Origin: Candidatus Aenigmatarchaeota archaeon
GTDB lineage: Archaea; Aenigmatarchaeota; Aenigmatarchaeia; Aenigmatarchaeales; JACQIB01
Assembly (NCBI GenBank): GCA_038999215.1
Contig: JAWABM010000008.1
Span: forward strand, 1-28,822
Length of the DNA stretch: 28,822 nucleotides
Reading direction: 5' to 3'
Made by a program: the position numbers and the translations under genes. How positions within the stretch are numbered: position 1 is the stretch's first letter; every line of letters starts with the position of its first letter. Shown here in pieces: positions 16,435 through 25,268 of the stretch. The notes beneath the pieces were generated by a model, which was not told the origin of the DNA, did not search any database, and saw only the letters and a program-made list of their open reading frames with translations.

Positions 16435-16791
16435 TCACAGGCAGTCCATGCAGAAGTTCGCTATAGCGCCTATTATTGCGAGGATTGCCAGGAAAATGAC
16501 CCAGTAGCGCCTTTCCTTGAACACTTTTTCCGAGGTGTATATCACGAAGCCGGTCCAGACTGCGAAGAACGAGGCCAGCGGAACAACGGGCGAATAGACC
16601 AGCTTGAACATGTCGTATCCGAGCATCCAAAGCCCCCATTCCAGCCCGCTCCATGAGGCGAGAAGGAACGCCAGGGAGGCGATGTAAAGGTCCTTCCTCT
16701 TCTTGTCGATAGAATAGGTCATCAGAATGCATGCCATTATGCCTGCAAGGAGCGCGTATGTGAAGCCCGCCAGTTCGACGCCCATTCTCAC
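16435..16791 (-). CDS. Small 4-TM membrane protein
   Basis: Four hydrophobic segments and C-terminal CMDC; GTGA overlap with the upstream stop. Confidence 0.8.
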   Translation of the reverse strand: MRMGVELAGFTYALLAGIMACILMTYSIDKKRKDLYIASLAFLLASWSGLEWGLWMLGYDMFKLVYSPVVPLASFFAVWTGFVIYTSEKVFKERRYWVIFLAILAIIGAIANFCMDCL

Positions 16792-17660
16792 ACCTTCAGT
16801 ATGTTCACGTTGAAGTAGCTGTCAATCTCGTACCCGTACAGCGCCTCTATTATCATGACCCTGCTGTCCACTATCTGGCCGGCTTTTGTCCTTACCTCGC
16901 ACGTCGACCTCGACGCCTTCTTGTTTATGAAGCTCTTCTGCTTGTTGAGCGCCAGCGCGCCCCCGCTCAGCGCATAATCGTCGCAACCGACCAGCTCCAG
17001 ATTGCCGGGCAGCTTTATCTTGACATCGCCCGGCTGCAGGTTCCTTATTATTCCTGTGCCGTCGTCCGCGTAATCGAGGTACATCCTTATCGTTGCCTGC
17101 TCGATGAGCGGCTGGTCCTGCGAGAACGACACGTCTATCCGCAGCGGGTTCGTGGTCCTGTAGCTCGCAACAGCTATGTCCTTCCTCGTGCCCTGCTGCT
17201 CCCTCTCGAACCACTCCGCCTCTGTCAAGGTGACGATGCCCTGGCTGAGCGTCATGTTCGAAGTGTACGCGGTCTTGAACCTGACAGTGCATTTGTCCAC
17301 CTGCGTCTGGCCCATTGTCCAAGTAGTTTCGTATGCCTTTGTCCTGTTTGCGAGCATCAGACCTTCCTTGAATTCGTCGCTGTTCTTGGGTGCGAACAAC
17401 CCTCCGCACCTGTCGTAGAAGACTATGTCCATGTTGTTTATGTCCACGGCCGGCGTCACGAGCAGGTGCAGGTTGAAGTCCCTGTCGGGCCTTGCGAATT
17501 CCGGCATCTCTGCCCTTATGCTTATGTCCTCGACTCCGCCGCCCACGACGTCTATCCTGAGCACCTCTTGTATGACGTTGTTGCCCTGGCCTGTGCAGCC
17601 GCTCGCTATGATTACCAAGGCCGCGGCCAAAACGAGGATTTTGGCTTTCATAAGAATCAT
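16788..17660 (-). CDS. Surface lipoprotein, paralog 2
   Basis: Lipobox KILVLAAALVIIASG-CTGQ; ATGA overlap with the upstream gene; terminal ALYGYEI pattern. Confidence 0.85.
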   Translation of the reverse strand: MILMKAKILVLAAALVIIASGCTGQGNNVIQEVLRIDVVGGGVEDISIRAEMPEFARPDRDFNLHLLVTPAVDINNMDIVFYDRCGGLFAPKNSDEFKEGLMLANRTKAYETTWTMGQTQVDKCTVRFKTAYTSNMTLSQGIVTLTEAEWFEREQQGTRKDIAVASYRTTNPLRIDVSFSQDQPLIEQATIRMYLDYADDGTGIIRNLQPGDVKIKLPGNLELVGCDDYALSGGALALNKQKSFINKKASRSTCEVRTKAGQIVDSRVMIIEALYGYEIDSYFNVNILKV

Positions 17661-18568
17661 GGGATTATGTCAACGCTTATGCCGTCGTTTATCACGTAGG
17701 TATAGTCCATCCTTCCGGTTATGAAGAACGATCTCTCTTCGACGACCGCGGGCGCGATGAACTTGCACCTGTAGTTCGACGTCGAGCCTTTCACTAGCGG
17801 AAGCTCAATGCTGTTCGTGTAGGTGCGCTTGCCGTTCGAGACGCCCGCATCATAGAATTCCACCCCGCAGCCGTCCTGCGTGGCAACGAACTCCTCGGGC
17901 ACGGTTATCTGCAGCGTATTCGCTGGTATCTTCACGTAGTTCCCTATGCCCCTGTCGCTGATTTTCACGTCGAAGACCAGCTCGTCGCCCTCCCTTACAG
18001 GAAGGCTCGTGGCATGCTCGAAGCTTATCGCTATCGGACCTGCGCCGATTGTCTGCGTCGGCGTGAACGTCGGAGTCTGCCCCGATCTCTGCAATGCGCT
18101 GAGCCTGCTCTGCGAGATCACCGACGTGTCCGTTGTTGTTATCGCGAAGCTGTCATAGGAGACCGTGTATTTGAAGTCGCATCTCGAGGCTATGCCGCCT
18201 ATCTCAGCCTTTGACGGGGCCTTGCCGCCTATCTCTATGAATCTTTCCGACCCTGACGGCAGCCTGCTCTCGTTGAGAAGCATGTACGAATTGGCCTTGG
18301 CAACGCTCTGCCCGCCTATCGCGTTCACAACGCATGCGGCCGGTCCCCAGTCGTAGAGCCTTATCATGACGTTCTTGGCGTCCTCTGTGGCGTGCACGTT
18401 CTGCGCCACGAAGCTGATGTCGAAGCTCCCGCCCGCGCTCACTGGGTTCGGCAGCACGTTCTTGTCCTTGAGGACGACTATGTTCTCCCCGTAATCCGTG
18501 GTTCCGCCCTGGCCCGTGCATCCGCATACGAACACGGCCAGGACCGCGATTGCGAGCAGCCTTTTCAT
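17657..18568 (-). CDS. Surface lipoprotein, paralog 1
   Basis: Lipobox MKRLLAIAVLAVFVCG-CTGQ; AAGGTGA SD; GPIAIS...DRGIG...MDYTY pattern. Confidence 0.85.
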   Translation of the reverse strand: MKRLLAIAVLAVFVCGCTGQGGTTDYGENIVVLKDKNVLPNPVSAGGSFDISFVAQNVHATEDAKNVMIRLYDWGPAACVVNAIGGQSVAKANSYMLLNESRLPSGSERFIEIGGKAPSKAEIGGIASRCDFKYTVSYDSFAITTTDTSVISQSRLSALQRSGQTPTFTPTQTIGAGPIAISFEHATSLPVREGDELVFDVKISDRGIGNYVKIPANTLQITVPEEFVATQDGCGVEFYDAGVSNGKRTYTNSIELPLVKGSTSNYRCKFIAPAVVEERSFFITGRMDYTYVINDGISVDIIP

Positions 18569-18610
18569 CGTTTCACCTTGATTTTATTCGGTTTTTCAAC
18601 ATAATAAATC

Positions 18611-21073
18611 CTACTGTATAGGAGCATCCGCAATCGCTATGCTGACGTCTTCCCTTGTGGTGTACGTGTAGGTCGCGTCGCCCACATAGAGCAGGTCCTT
18701 TATTGGTATGCTGGGGTCGAGCTTGAACTTGTAGCTGAACAGGTAAGTGGCCGTCTCCGTCGGTTTCAGGTCGGAGCTCAGCTTGCACGTTGCCTCCCTG
18801 TAACCCTCAGCGCTCGCCCAGGTGCACTTGTCTATCCTTACCAGCGAGACGTCCTTGGGTTCCTGCGTCAGGCTTATGCCGGATGTCACAGGTATCCGCA
18901 GCTTCACGACAGCGCCCTCCTTCTTCAGCGTGCCCTGGCCGTTGTTCTGCAGCCCTATCCTGCAGTTTATGACCTCGTCGTCCCTCAGGGGCTGCTTCTG
19001 CGTGTATATCGAGAACGTCACAGGCCCGCCCGAGTACTGCGATATGAAGCCGGTGGTCTGCCAGGCGCTCTGGAACTCCTTGTTCAGGAGCTTCCTCAGG
19101 AACAGGTCCTTGTTCATGACCTGCACGTCCAGCGAGGCGTTGACTGTGTAGCTGAAATCGTAATAGAACGGTATGCCGACCATCATGCCGGCCTTCTTGA
19201 AGATTATGTAGCAGTTCTCGCCCCTGCTGCCGCAGTCGTACCTCTTCATCTCTTCCACGGATATCTTCGTCTTCCCGTTGCAGCCGCTGCCTGCCACGCA
19301 GTTCGATGCGTCCGCCACGTACTCGCCGGTTTCCGCGTCCCTGCATTCGCATACCTTCAGGTCGTCCGACCATGAGGAGAAGGCCTCGGGCTTGCCGCAT
19401 TTGAAATTCATTATCTTCACGTCCTCGGGCCTGCTGGGCGCGCTCCAGCTGCAGGAGCTCCCGCCGGACACTGCCGTGCCCGTGCATTCCGTGAACACGC
19501 ACTTATCATTGTCCAGCCTCACTTCGCCCCTGTGCGGGTCCGCCGCGCTCACCAGCGCCGGGTCCTGTAATACCGGCTTGCCGTCGCCCCTGCTCCCGAG
19601 CCTCACAACAACGTCGTTCGCCACGAACTCGCCCTTGTTCTCAAGCTCTATGTAGCCCACGAGCGGTATCGTCGGGTCGAGCTTTATCTCCTGTGTCATG
19701 TAGTTGAGCGCCTCGAAGCCAGCAAGTTCGAGGGCGTGCGTTGTCCCGCCGGACTTTATACCGCTTGCCAGCTGCCTCCTGCGCTCCATCTCGGCCTGGT
19801 AGCAGGACGGGCACGTCACCGCAAGGTATGCGTCGCTTATAGACGTGGACGCGCTGTCCATCGCAGAGCTCATAGGGTCGATCACCAGCGATGCCGTGTT
19901 GTACACCGCTGGCCAGTACTGGCCGAAGACCGACGTCCCTATTGTCCCGGTGTACTGGTATGAGAAGGCGAATATCGCGAAGAAGAGCATTATCACGCCT
20001 ATCGGAGGCCTGCCCTCCCTCCCGCTGGTATAGCCAACGAACAACGACATTATCCATACTATGAGCATGAGCGCAATCATCTGCCCGCCCATCCATGTGA
20101 ACACGATCGGTATCCCTGCTATGAGCACCAGGCCGAGGAACAGGCCGTTGCCGAAATGCTTCGCCCAGCCCTCCTTCTCATAGAGCTTGCCGACGTTTTC
20201 TCTCAGCTTTTGGCCTATGGCAAGGTTTATTTCGACCACGGTCTTGTCGCTGACATCCACCCTTTCCGGCATTGTTGCGAAGAATGCCAATGCAAGGAAG
20301 AAAATCGACACCGCCGGGCTGCCGAACCCGCCCATGAGCGACAGGAACGTCCCTCCGAGTATCCCGAAGAGCAGCAGCACAAGGATCGTCAGCTTGAGGC
20401 TCTTCAGCGCGCTGTGCATCAGCCCGACCGATACAGCCATAAGCAGGCCTATTATTATTGTCATCAAGCTGGCTACGACCGCGCTCAGCCCGGTCGTTCC
20501 GGGCGAAAGGAAGACCAGCAGAAGGACGGCTATCATGAAGCCGAAGCCCATCCTTATCCACGCTTCCGCCGACTTGTAGGGCTGGTCCGTCCTATATTTC
20601 GTCGGCATGGTGAAGTAGGCCGCGAAGCATATCGCTATCGGTATCAGCAGGTGGAAGCGGAATGACTCGATCGCGACGAATATTATTATCATGAGCTTGA
20701 GCACGCTCTTCGCGTATATCAGGCCTATGTGCTCGCCGCCCAATATCGCGACCTTCTTCGCCTCCACGGCCGGCAGCGGCGCGGCTTTGACGTGCGGCAG
20801 TTCGCCCGTCATATCTTCTATTTTCTCCGCCTTCTTCACGGATTCGACTCTTTCCGCGAAAGGTATGCTGGCTCCGCCGCTCTTGTAGGCGTCAGCCATT
20901 ATCTTGCCTTCGCCCGGCAGCAGCCTGTAGAAAGCGTAAAGGACAACGGCAAAGCCCGACCACATGAAGCCGAAGGTGGTCAGGACTATGCCTGCCGTTA
21001 CTATGGCTATTGTCACCACGATTTTCATGACGTCCTTCTTCAGCTCTGTTCCTATGCCCCCTATCAGCGACAT
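18611..21073 (-). CDS. Large polytopic membrane protein with a Cys-rich extracellular C-terminal region
   Basis: About 10-11 hydrophobic segments in the first 380 aa, then a soluble Cys-rich beta region ending in the GGPVTF...NNGQG...ATYTY pattern. Confidence 0.85.
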   Translation of the reverse strand: MSLIGGIGTELKKDVMKIVVTIAIVTAGIVLTTFGFMWSGFAVVLYAFYRLLPGEGKIMADAYKSGGASIPFAERVESVKKAEKIEDMTGELPHVKAAPLPAVEAKKVAILGGEHIGLIYAKSVLKLMIIIFVAIESFRFHLLIPIAICFAAYFTMPTKYRTDQPYKSAEAWIRMGFGFMIAVLLLVFLSPGTTGLSAVVASLMTIIIGLLMAVSVGLMHSALKSLKLTILVLLLFGILGGTFLSLMGGFGSPAVSIFFLALAFFATMPERVDVSDKTVVEINLAIGQKLRENVGKLYEKEGWAKHFGNGLFLGLVLIAGIPIVFTWMGGQMIALMLIVWIMSLFVGYTSGREGRPPIGVIMLFFAIFAFSYQYTGTIGTSVFGQYWPAVYNTASLVIDPMSSAMDSASTSISDAYLAVTCPSCYQAEMERRRQLASGIKSGGTTHALELAGFEALNYMTQEIKLDPTIPLVGYIELENKGEFVANDVVVRLGSRGDGKPVLQDPALVSAADPHRGEVRLDNDKCVFTECTGTAVSGGSSCSWSAPSRPEDVKIMNFKCGKPEAFSSWSDDLKVCECRDAETGEYVADASNCVAGSGCNGKTKISVEEMKRYDCGSRGENCYIIFKKAGMMVGIPFYYDFSYTVNASLDVQVMNKDLFLRKLLNKEFQSAWQTTGFISQYSGGPVTFSIYTQKQPLRDDEVINCRIGLQNNGQGTLKKEGAVVKLRIPVTSGISLTQEPKDVSLVRIDKCTWASAEGYREATCKLSSDLKPTETATYLFSYKFKLDPSIPIKDLLYVGDATYTYTTREDVSIAIADAPIQ

Positions 21074-21105
21074 GCGAATGCCTCGCTCCTAAATTGGCTT
21101 TTTAT

Positions 21106-21252
21106 CTATTTTAATATATTCCTGCCAGTTTTTGCGGTTATTTCGGGCCTGCACGCGCACGCCTCCGTTGGCAGCATGCAGCCGCTGCATAGCAGCGCCC
21201 TGCCCTGGAAAATCGCGGGCCTCTTGCATTTAAGGCACAGCGGTCCGTCCAT
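21106..21252 (-). CDS. Six-Cys microprotein (48 aa, not in the ORF track)
   Basis: Manual translation MDGPLCLKCKRPAIFQGRALLCSGCMLPTEACACRPEITAKTGRNILK; GAGGTG SD upstream; paralog of 21352-21558. Confidence 0.75.
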   Translation of the reverse strand: MDGPLCLKCKRPAIFQGRALLCSGCMLPTEACACRPEITAKTGRNILK

Positions 21253-21351
21253 CACACCTCACCTATTTTTTCGGCCCAAACGCCCTGTTTTGCGACCTTT
21301 ACCATCATATCGCCCTTCGCCTTACATGATAAGAATTCGCGGCTTGGGCAT

Positions 21352-21558
21352 TTATTGCTTGGCGCGCTGCCTGCCGCCTCCAATCAGCGCGCTCGCCCCT
21401 TTTTCGGCCTTCTCCGCCGCCCTTGACACGGTTATTTCGGCCACGCAGTCGCAATCGGCCACCGGCTTCATGCAGCCGCTGCAGATGGGCATCGCCGAAT
21501 CATATTCTGCGGTTTCTATGGTAGGTTTGCCGCACTTGGGGCACAATGCCATTGCCAT
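21352..21558 (-). CDS. Six-Cys microprotein (68 aa)
   Basis: LCPKCGKP...CSGCMKPVADCDCVAEIT; a TTTATATT box lies about 20 nt upstream. Confidence 0.75.
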   Translation of the reverse strand: MAMALCPKCGKPTIETAEYDSAMPICSGCMKPVADCDCVAEITVSRAAEKAEKGASALIGGGRQRAKQ

Positions 21559-21749
21559 TCCTTATAGTTAGGTTCAATATAAATAAGAACTTAGGAAAGT
21601 CCGGCCCCCTACGGCCGGCGCAACAAAAGCTACGCAGCAGTTCCTACGATCAGTGGTCAAATATGCCTATAAGTCAGCAACGCTGGCCAGGAACACCGAG
21701 GAAAAGATAGCCGAGAAGGTCGGAAAAGTCCTGGGGAAGCATGCGGAAG

Positions 21750-22481
21750 TCACTGATTGAACGCCAGTTCTACGTATTCTATCGAGAAGGCGCCGTCTAT
21801 GGAGGGCGTCATCTCGAGCACGTTGTACTGCTTCAGCGCCGACGCGGGCACGTCGGCCTCGAGGTATTCGCCCGTCTCGCCGTTGAATATCTCGTTGCCG
21901 TTCAGCGTTATGCTAAGGGTGCCTTTCGGCTTCCATCTCAGGAACATCTTGAGCACCGCGTCCTTCGGCTCCCTGACTGTGAAGCTCTTGGTCAGCTTGC
22001 CCCTGTCCAGGGCATATGCCCTCATGTTCACGGTATACTCCGGCTGTGCCCAAAACTCCCATGCGGGCGGCTCTGTCCTGACAGTCATCATGTTCTCGCT
22101 TTCGATTCCTGTCACGATAATTGAGGTTTCGCCTTCAAGATGCCCCGAATAGGCGGTCTTGCCGTTGACATCCAGCACGAAAGCCGCGTCCCTCACCGCT
22201 CCGGTCGGATAGAGCTCTATCAGGGCGCTGTCATATTTTGTAGTGTCGGCCTTGAAGCTTGACAGGTGGCTGTTGGTCCTGTTCACGCCGAACGTCTCGT
22301 TGAGCACCAGCTGCTGCCTTGTGGTCAGGAACTCGTCCTCCACGAGCAGGAGGTATTTCGATGCTCCGCCGTTGGCCACTGCTGCGCCAGTAATGCTTGT
22401 CTGCTGGGGCACGCTGACTACCAGCGCCGCCAGTATGAAGACCATTATCCCCGCGATAAGTATCGGTACGAATTCTGTCAT
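21750..22481 (-). CDS. N-terminally anchored beta-rich surface protein
   Basis: Single N-terminal TM followed by SITGAAV; two similar segments (LDVNGKTAYSG and ITLNGNEIFNG). Confidence 0.8.
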   Translation of the reverse strand: MTEFVPILIAGIMVFILAALVVSVPQQTSITGAAVANGGASKYLLLVEDEFLTTRQQLVLNETFGVNRTNSHLSSFKADTTKYDSALIELYPTGAVRDAAFVLDVNGKTAYSGHLEGETSIIVTGIESENMMTVRTEPPAWEFWAQPEYTVNMRAYALDRGKLTKSFTVREPKDAVLKMFLRWKPKGTLSITLNGNEIFNGETGEYLEADVPASALKQYNVLEMTPSIDGAFSIEYVELAFNQ

Positions 22482-22546
22482 AATTACTATTTGATAGTAA
22501 ATCTTATAAATCTATCTATTTATTGGAACTCGGGGAATGATAGATT

Positions 22547-23545
22547 ATGAAGTCAACCTTCGACCTCAGGCATGGCATAGCCAAGATTACGCCGGAGTCT
22601 GACGACGACCTTTGGGTGCTGAGTGAAATAATAACGCCCGGCTCCTTCGTGAAGGCGTTGACCCTGCGTTCTGTGGAGGTCCGCCGAGGTAGCGAGAAGG
22701 AGAAGGTCGGAAAGAGGCCCATGGTGCTGAAGATCAAGGTCGAGAAGGTGGACCTCGGAGAAACGCTGCGGTTGGGCGGCAATATTATAGAAGGCCCTGA
22801 GGGGGTCTCGCACGACTGGCACACCATCGATGTCACGCCTGGCGTTCATTTGACAGTCGAGCGCGAATGGAAGAAATGGGAGATTGACAAGGTCAAGGCG
22901 GCCGCCCGCCAGGCAGAGCCTGTGCATGTTGCCATTCTGGACGAGAGCGAATACGACCTTTATCTGGTGAAGGAAAGGCGCCGCCACCTGTTCCGTCTGC
23001 TCGGTCCTGGCCACTCAAAGAAGGAGGGCAAGAGCAGGAAGCCCGAATATTTCGCTGAGATTATTGCCGACCTCGCGAGGCGCGATATAAGGCATCTGGT
23101 AATAGCGGGCCCGGGCTTCATCAAGGAGGAGCTCGCCAAGGAAATCAGGGAAAAGGAGCCTGCTTTGGCCAAGAAGATGGTGATGGAGGGCTGCAATGAC
23201 ACCGGCGAAGCGGGCTTCAACGAAGTAGTGAAGAGGAAGGTGCTTGAGCGGGTCACGAGGCAGTCCAGGATATCCGACGAAACGGCCGCTGTGGAGGATT
23301 TTCTTGAGGAAATGGGCAAGGACGGCAAGGTCGCCTACGGCGCGGCCGAAGTGACGAAGGCCGCTGACGCAGGGGCCGTGGATACGCTCCTTATCAGCTC
23401 GAAGAAGGTTCGCGAGAACGCCGGCTTGATGGACATTGTGGAAAAGAACGGCGGCAAGATAATGGTCATATCCGGCGAACACCCCGCCGGGGAGCGCTTC
23501 CTGGCGATGGGCGGGATTGCGGCCTTCCTAAGGTACAAGTACTAG
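22547..23545 (+). CDS. pelA: Pelota/Dom34 mRNA surveillance (ribosome rescue) protein
   Basis: PESDDDLWVLS, LRLGGNIIEGP, HTIDV, AGPGFIKE, VAYG and GGIAAFLRY motifs. Confidence 0.96.
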   Translation: MKSTFDLRHGIAKITPESDDDLWVLSEIITPGSFVKALTLRSVEVRRGSEKEKVGKRPMVLKIKVEKVDLGETLRLGGNIIEGPEGVSHDWHTIDVTPGVHLTVEREWKKWEIDKVKAAARQAEPVHVAILDESEYDLYLVKERRRHLFRLLGPGHSKKEGKSRKPEYFAEIIADLARRDIRHLVIAGPGFIKEELAKEIREKEPALAKKMVMEGCNDTGEAGFNEVVKRKVLERVTRQSRISDETAAVEDFLEEMGKDGKVAYGAAEVTKAADAGAVDTLLISSKKVRENAGLMDIVEKNGGKIMVISGEHPAGERFLAMGGIAAFLRYKY

Positions 23546-23974
23546 TACTGCGTCCCATTCCTTCTCGGCCTTTACAATGAATATTTCGCCCTTGCCTATT
23601 TTTCTCAGTTCAGCGACCTTGTCCATGACATTGCGCTCGTTGCAGAACATGCTTACAACTGCCCGCTTGCCCACGCGCTTCACCTCGTCAGCGGACTTCA
23701 GCTTATGAAGCGTGTCTATGCAGAACACCCAGTCGAACGACTTGTCCGCGAACGGCAGGGCATCGCCGGAGCACAGCACCTTCGAGCCCGCAACCTTGCG
23801 GAGGTTCTTCAGGTCCACGTCTGTCGCGACAGCTTCGGCAAGCCTTTCAAGAAAGCCCGGCCCTGCGCCAACGTCGAGAATCCTGCCTTCAGGCCTGACC
23901 TTGCTGAGAATCTGCTCGAGCTTGCGCAGCTGCGTCTTTTCCATCCAGTCGTTGTAAATGGCTTCGCTCAGCAT
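23528..23974 (-). CDS. Class I SAM-dependent methyltransferase (short)
   Basis: ILDVGAGPG, DVD and DALPFADKSFDWV motifs. Confidence 0.88.
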   Translation of the reverse strand: MLSEAIYNDWMEKTQLRKLEQILSKVRPEGRILDVGAGPGFLERLAEAVATDVDLKNLRKVAGSKVLCSGDALPFADKSFDWVFCIDTLHKLKSADEVKRVGKRAVVSMFCNERNVMDKVAELRKIGKGEIFIVKAEKEWDAVLVLVP

Positions 23975-23978
23975 GGAA

Positions 23979-24692
23979 TCATTTCAGCAATCCCTTCTCT
24001 TTGAGGTATTCCCCTATCGGCGCCGCCACGGTATCCATGTCCATAACGTAGACCAGCGCGGCCGCGGCATACCCGTAGTCGTCAGGTATCCCGCTTATCC
24101 CGTCGGCCTCGATCCTGAAATAATCGTTCGAGTTCTCGCCGAGGTATTTCACGTATTCCCTTTCCTGCGCCTTGGGGTTCCTGAACTTTCTCCCTTCCTC
24201 CTTTCTTTCCCATTCCTTTCTTCCGAGCAGAGGCTTTTCAGCCTTCGAGCCCGGCTTAGGGTAAATTGTCAGGTTCTCGGCTTCCGCTATGTCAACAAGC
24301 GAGAGCATGACCTCGTTCTTTATCCTTCCGACCGTTTTGTTCCCGCTCGCCTCGACGACATAGGCCTTCCTTTCCCCTTCCTTGCTTTTCATCCAGGCCG
24401 CCCCAACGCCTGCGCCTATCGTCTCGCTTTCCGTGCCGCTGTAATGGGCGAACACCGAGAGCGCGAATGCGGCATGCGGTATGGTCTTCGTGTCATACGT
24501 GTTCGAGCCCGTGAGCGGCAGTTCTTCGGCATCCGGGTCAAGGACGGAGCTGACTTCAATTATGTTCGCCCGGTGTATGCCCGCCTTTTTCAGGGCTTCC
24601 TGCATCGCCCCTTTCGGCGTGTCTGAATATGCGCAACCCTTTGTCATGAAGAACTTCTTCGCGACCGGCCAGTAAAACGGTTGTATTGACAC
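23979..24692 (-). CDS. pdaD: Pyruvoyl-dependent arginine decarboxylase-like protein with a charged insertion
   Basis: FFMTKG...ALKKAGIHRANIIEV-SS-VL (self-cleavage Ser-Ser), IGAGVG, YVVE and terminal AAAALVY. Confidence 0.75.
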   Translation of the reverse strand: MSIQPFYWPVAKKFFMTKGCAYSDTPKGAMQEALKKAGIHRANIIEVSSVLDPDAEELPLTGSNTYDTKTIPHAAFALSVFAHYSGTESETIGAGVGAAWMKSKEGERKAYVVEASGNKTVGRIKNEVMLSLVDIAEAENLTIYPKPGSKAEKPLLGRKEWERKEEGRKFRNPKAQEREYVKYLGENSNDYFRIEADGISGIPDDYGYAAAALVYVMDMDTVAAPIGEYLKEKGLLK

Positions 24693-24738
24693 AAGAAAAG
24701 ATGTTTCCGCAGAGATAAAAAACTATCTAAGGGAAAAA

Positions 24739-24856
24739 TGGTGGACTCGGCGGGATTCGAACCCGCGAACTCTACCAGTTCGGAATCCTTTCCGTGAACG
24801 CTTTTCGCCGAAAAGGGTTCTGCCAAGGTAGCGTCATTCCGCTAGACCACGAGCCC
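24739..24856 (-). tRNA. tRNA-Ala(GGC) with a 43-nt intron (24778-24820), CCA encoded
   Basis: Acceptor stem GGGCTCG/CGAGTCC with the G3:U70 identity pair; anticodon arm CTACC-TT-GGC-A^T-GGTAG; BHB helix TTGG/CCGA with 3-nt bulges at 37/38. Confidence 0.93.
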
Positions 24857-24871
24857 GTCCGTATTTCTTGA

Positions 24872-25216
24872 TTAAGCTTCTTTGCTCAACTCTTTGCAAT
24901 TGCCAGTTTCGCCCGGATCCAAATCCAATTGGATTGTATGTTTGCGATTATAGAGCAAAACATCTTTCTCATTATAAATTTTCAATCTAATAACAAGCTT
25001 TGAGATTCGATAGCTTGAATTATTGGTAAATGTCAAAGATACCTTTTCAATACATTTAGAATCAAAATTACCATTGAAAGAACAATAATACCAAGTGATA
25101 TAATCATTAACAATTTCCCAAGTATAAATCTTAGGTTTTTTCTGAGCACTCAATTGGATCGATGTGTAAACAAGCAAACTTGAAAAAATTAATAAAGCTA
25201 AAAATATTGTTTTCAT
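24872..25216 (-). CDS. Bacterial-type secreted hypothetical protein, possibly truncated at the composition break
   Basis: Signal peptide MKTIFLALLIFSSLL; AT-rich; ends at DLDPGETGNCKELSKEA only 15 nt from the archaeal tRNA. Confidence 0.6.
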   Translation of the reverse strand: MKTIFLALLIFSSLLVYTSIQLSAQKKPKIYTWEIVNDYITWYYCSFNGNFDSKCIEKVSLTFTNNSSYRISKLVIRLKIYNEKDVLLYNRKHTIQLDLDPGETGNCKELSKEA

Positions 25217-25268
25217 ATTGATATAAATAATTAGTATTACATAAAATATGGTTATTGTAAAATCTCCC

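Noticed and set aside
16391..16732. N-terminal extension of lipoprotein 3
   Set aside because: It overlaps the 4-TM gene; the lipoprotein signal and SD place the start at 16390.
21590..21650. RNase P RNA, suggested by AGGAAAGTCC
   Set aside because: Only the first conserved motif matches, no P4 partner strand was found, and the available space is too short.
1..24860. CRISPR array or complete cas operon near the two Cas4-family genes
   Set aside because: No regularly spaced direct repeats and no cas1, cas2, cas3, cas5, cas6 or cas7-like ORFs were seen.
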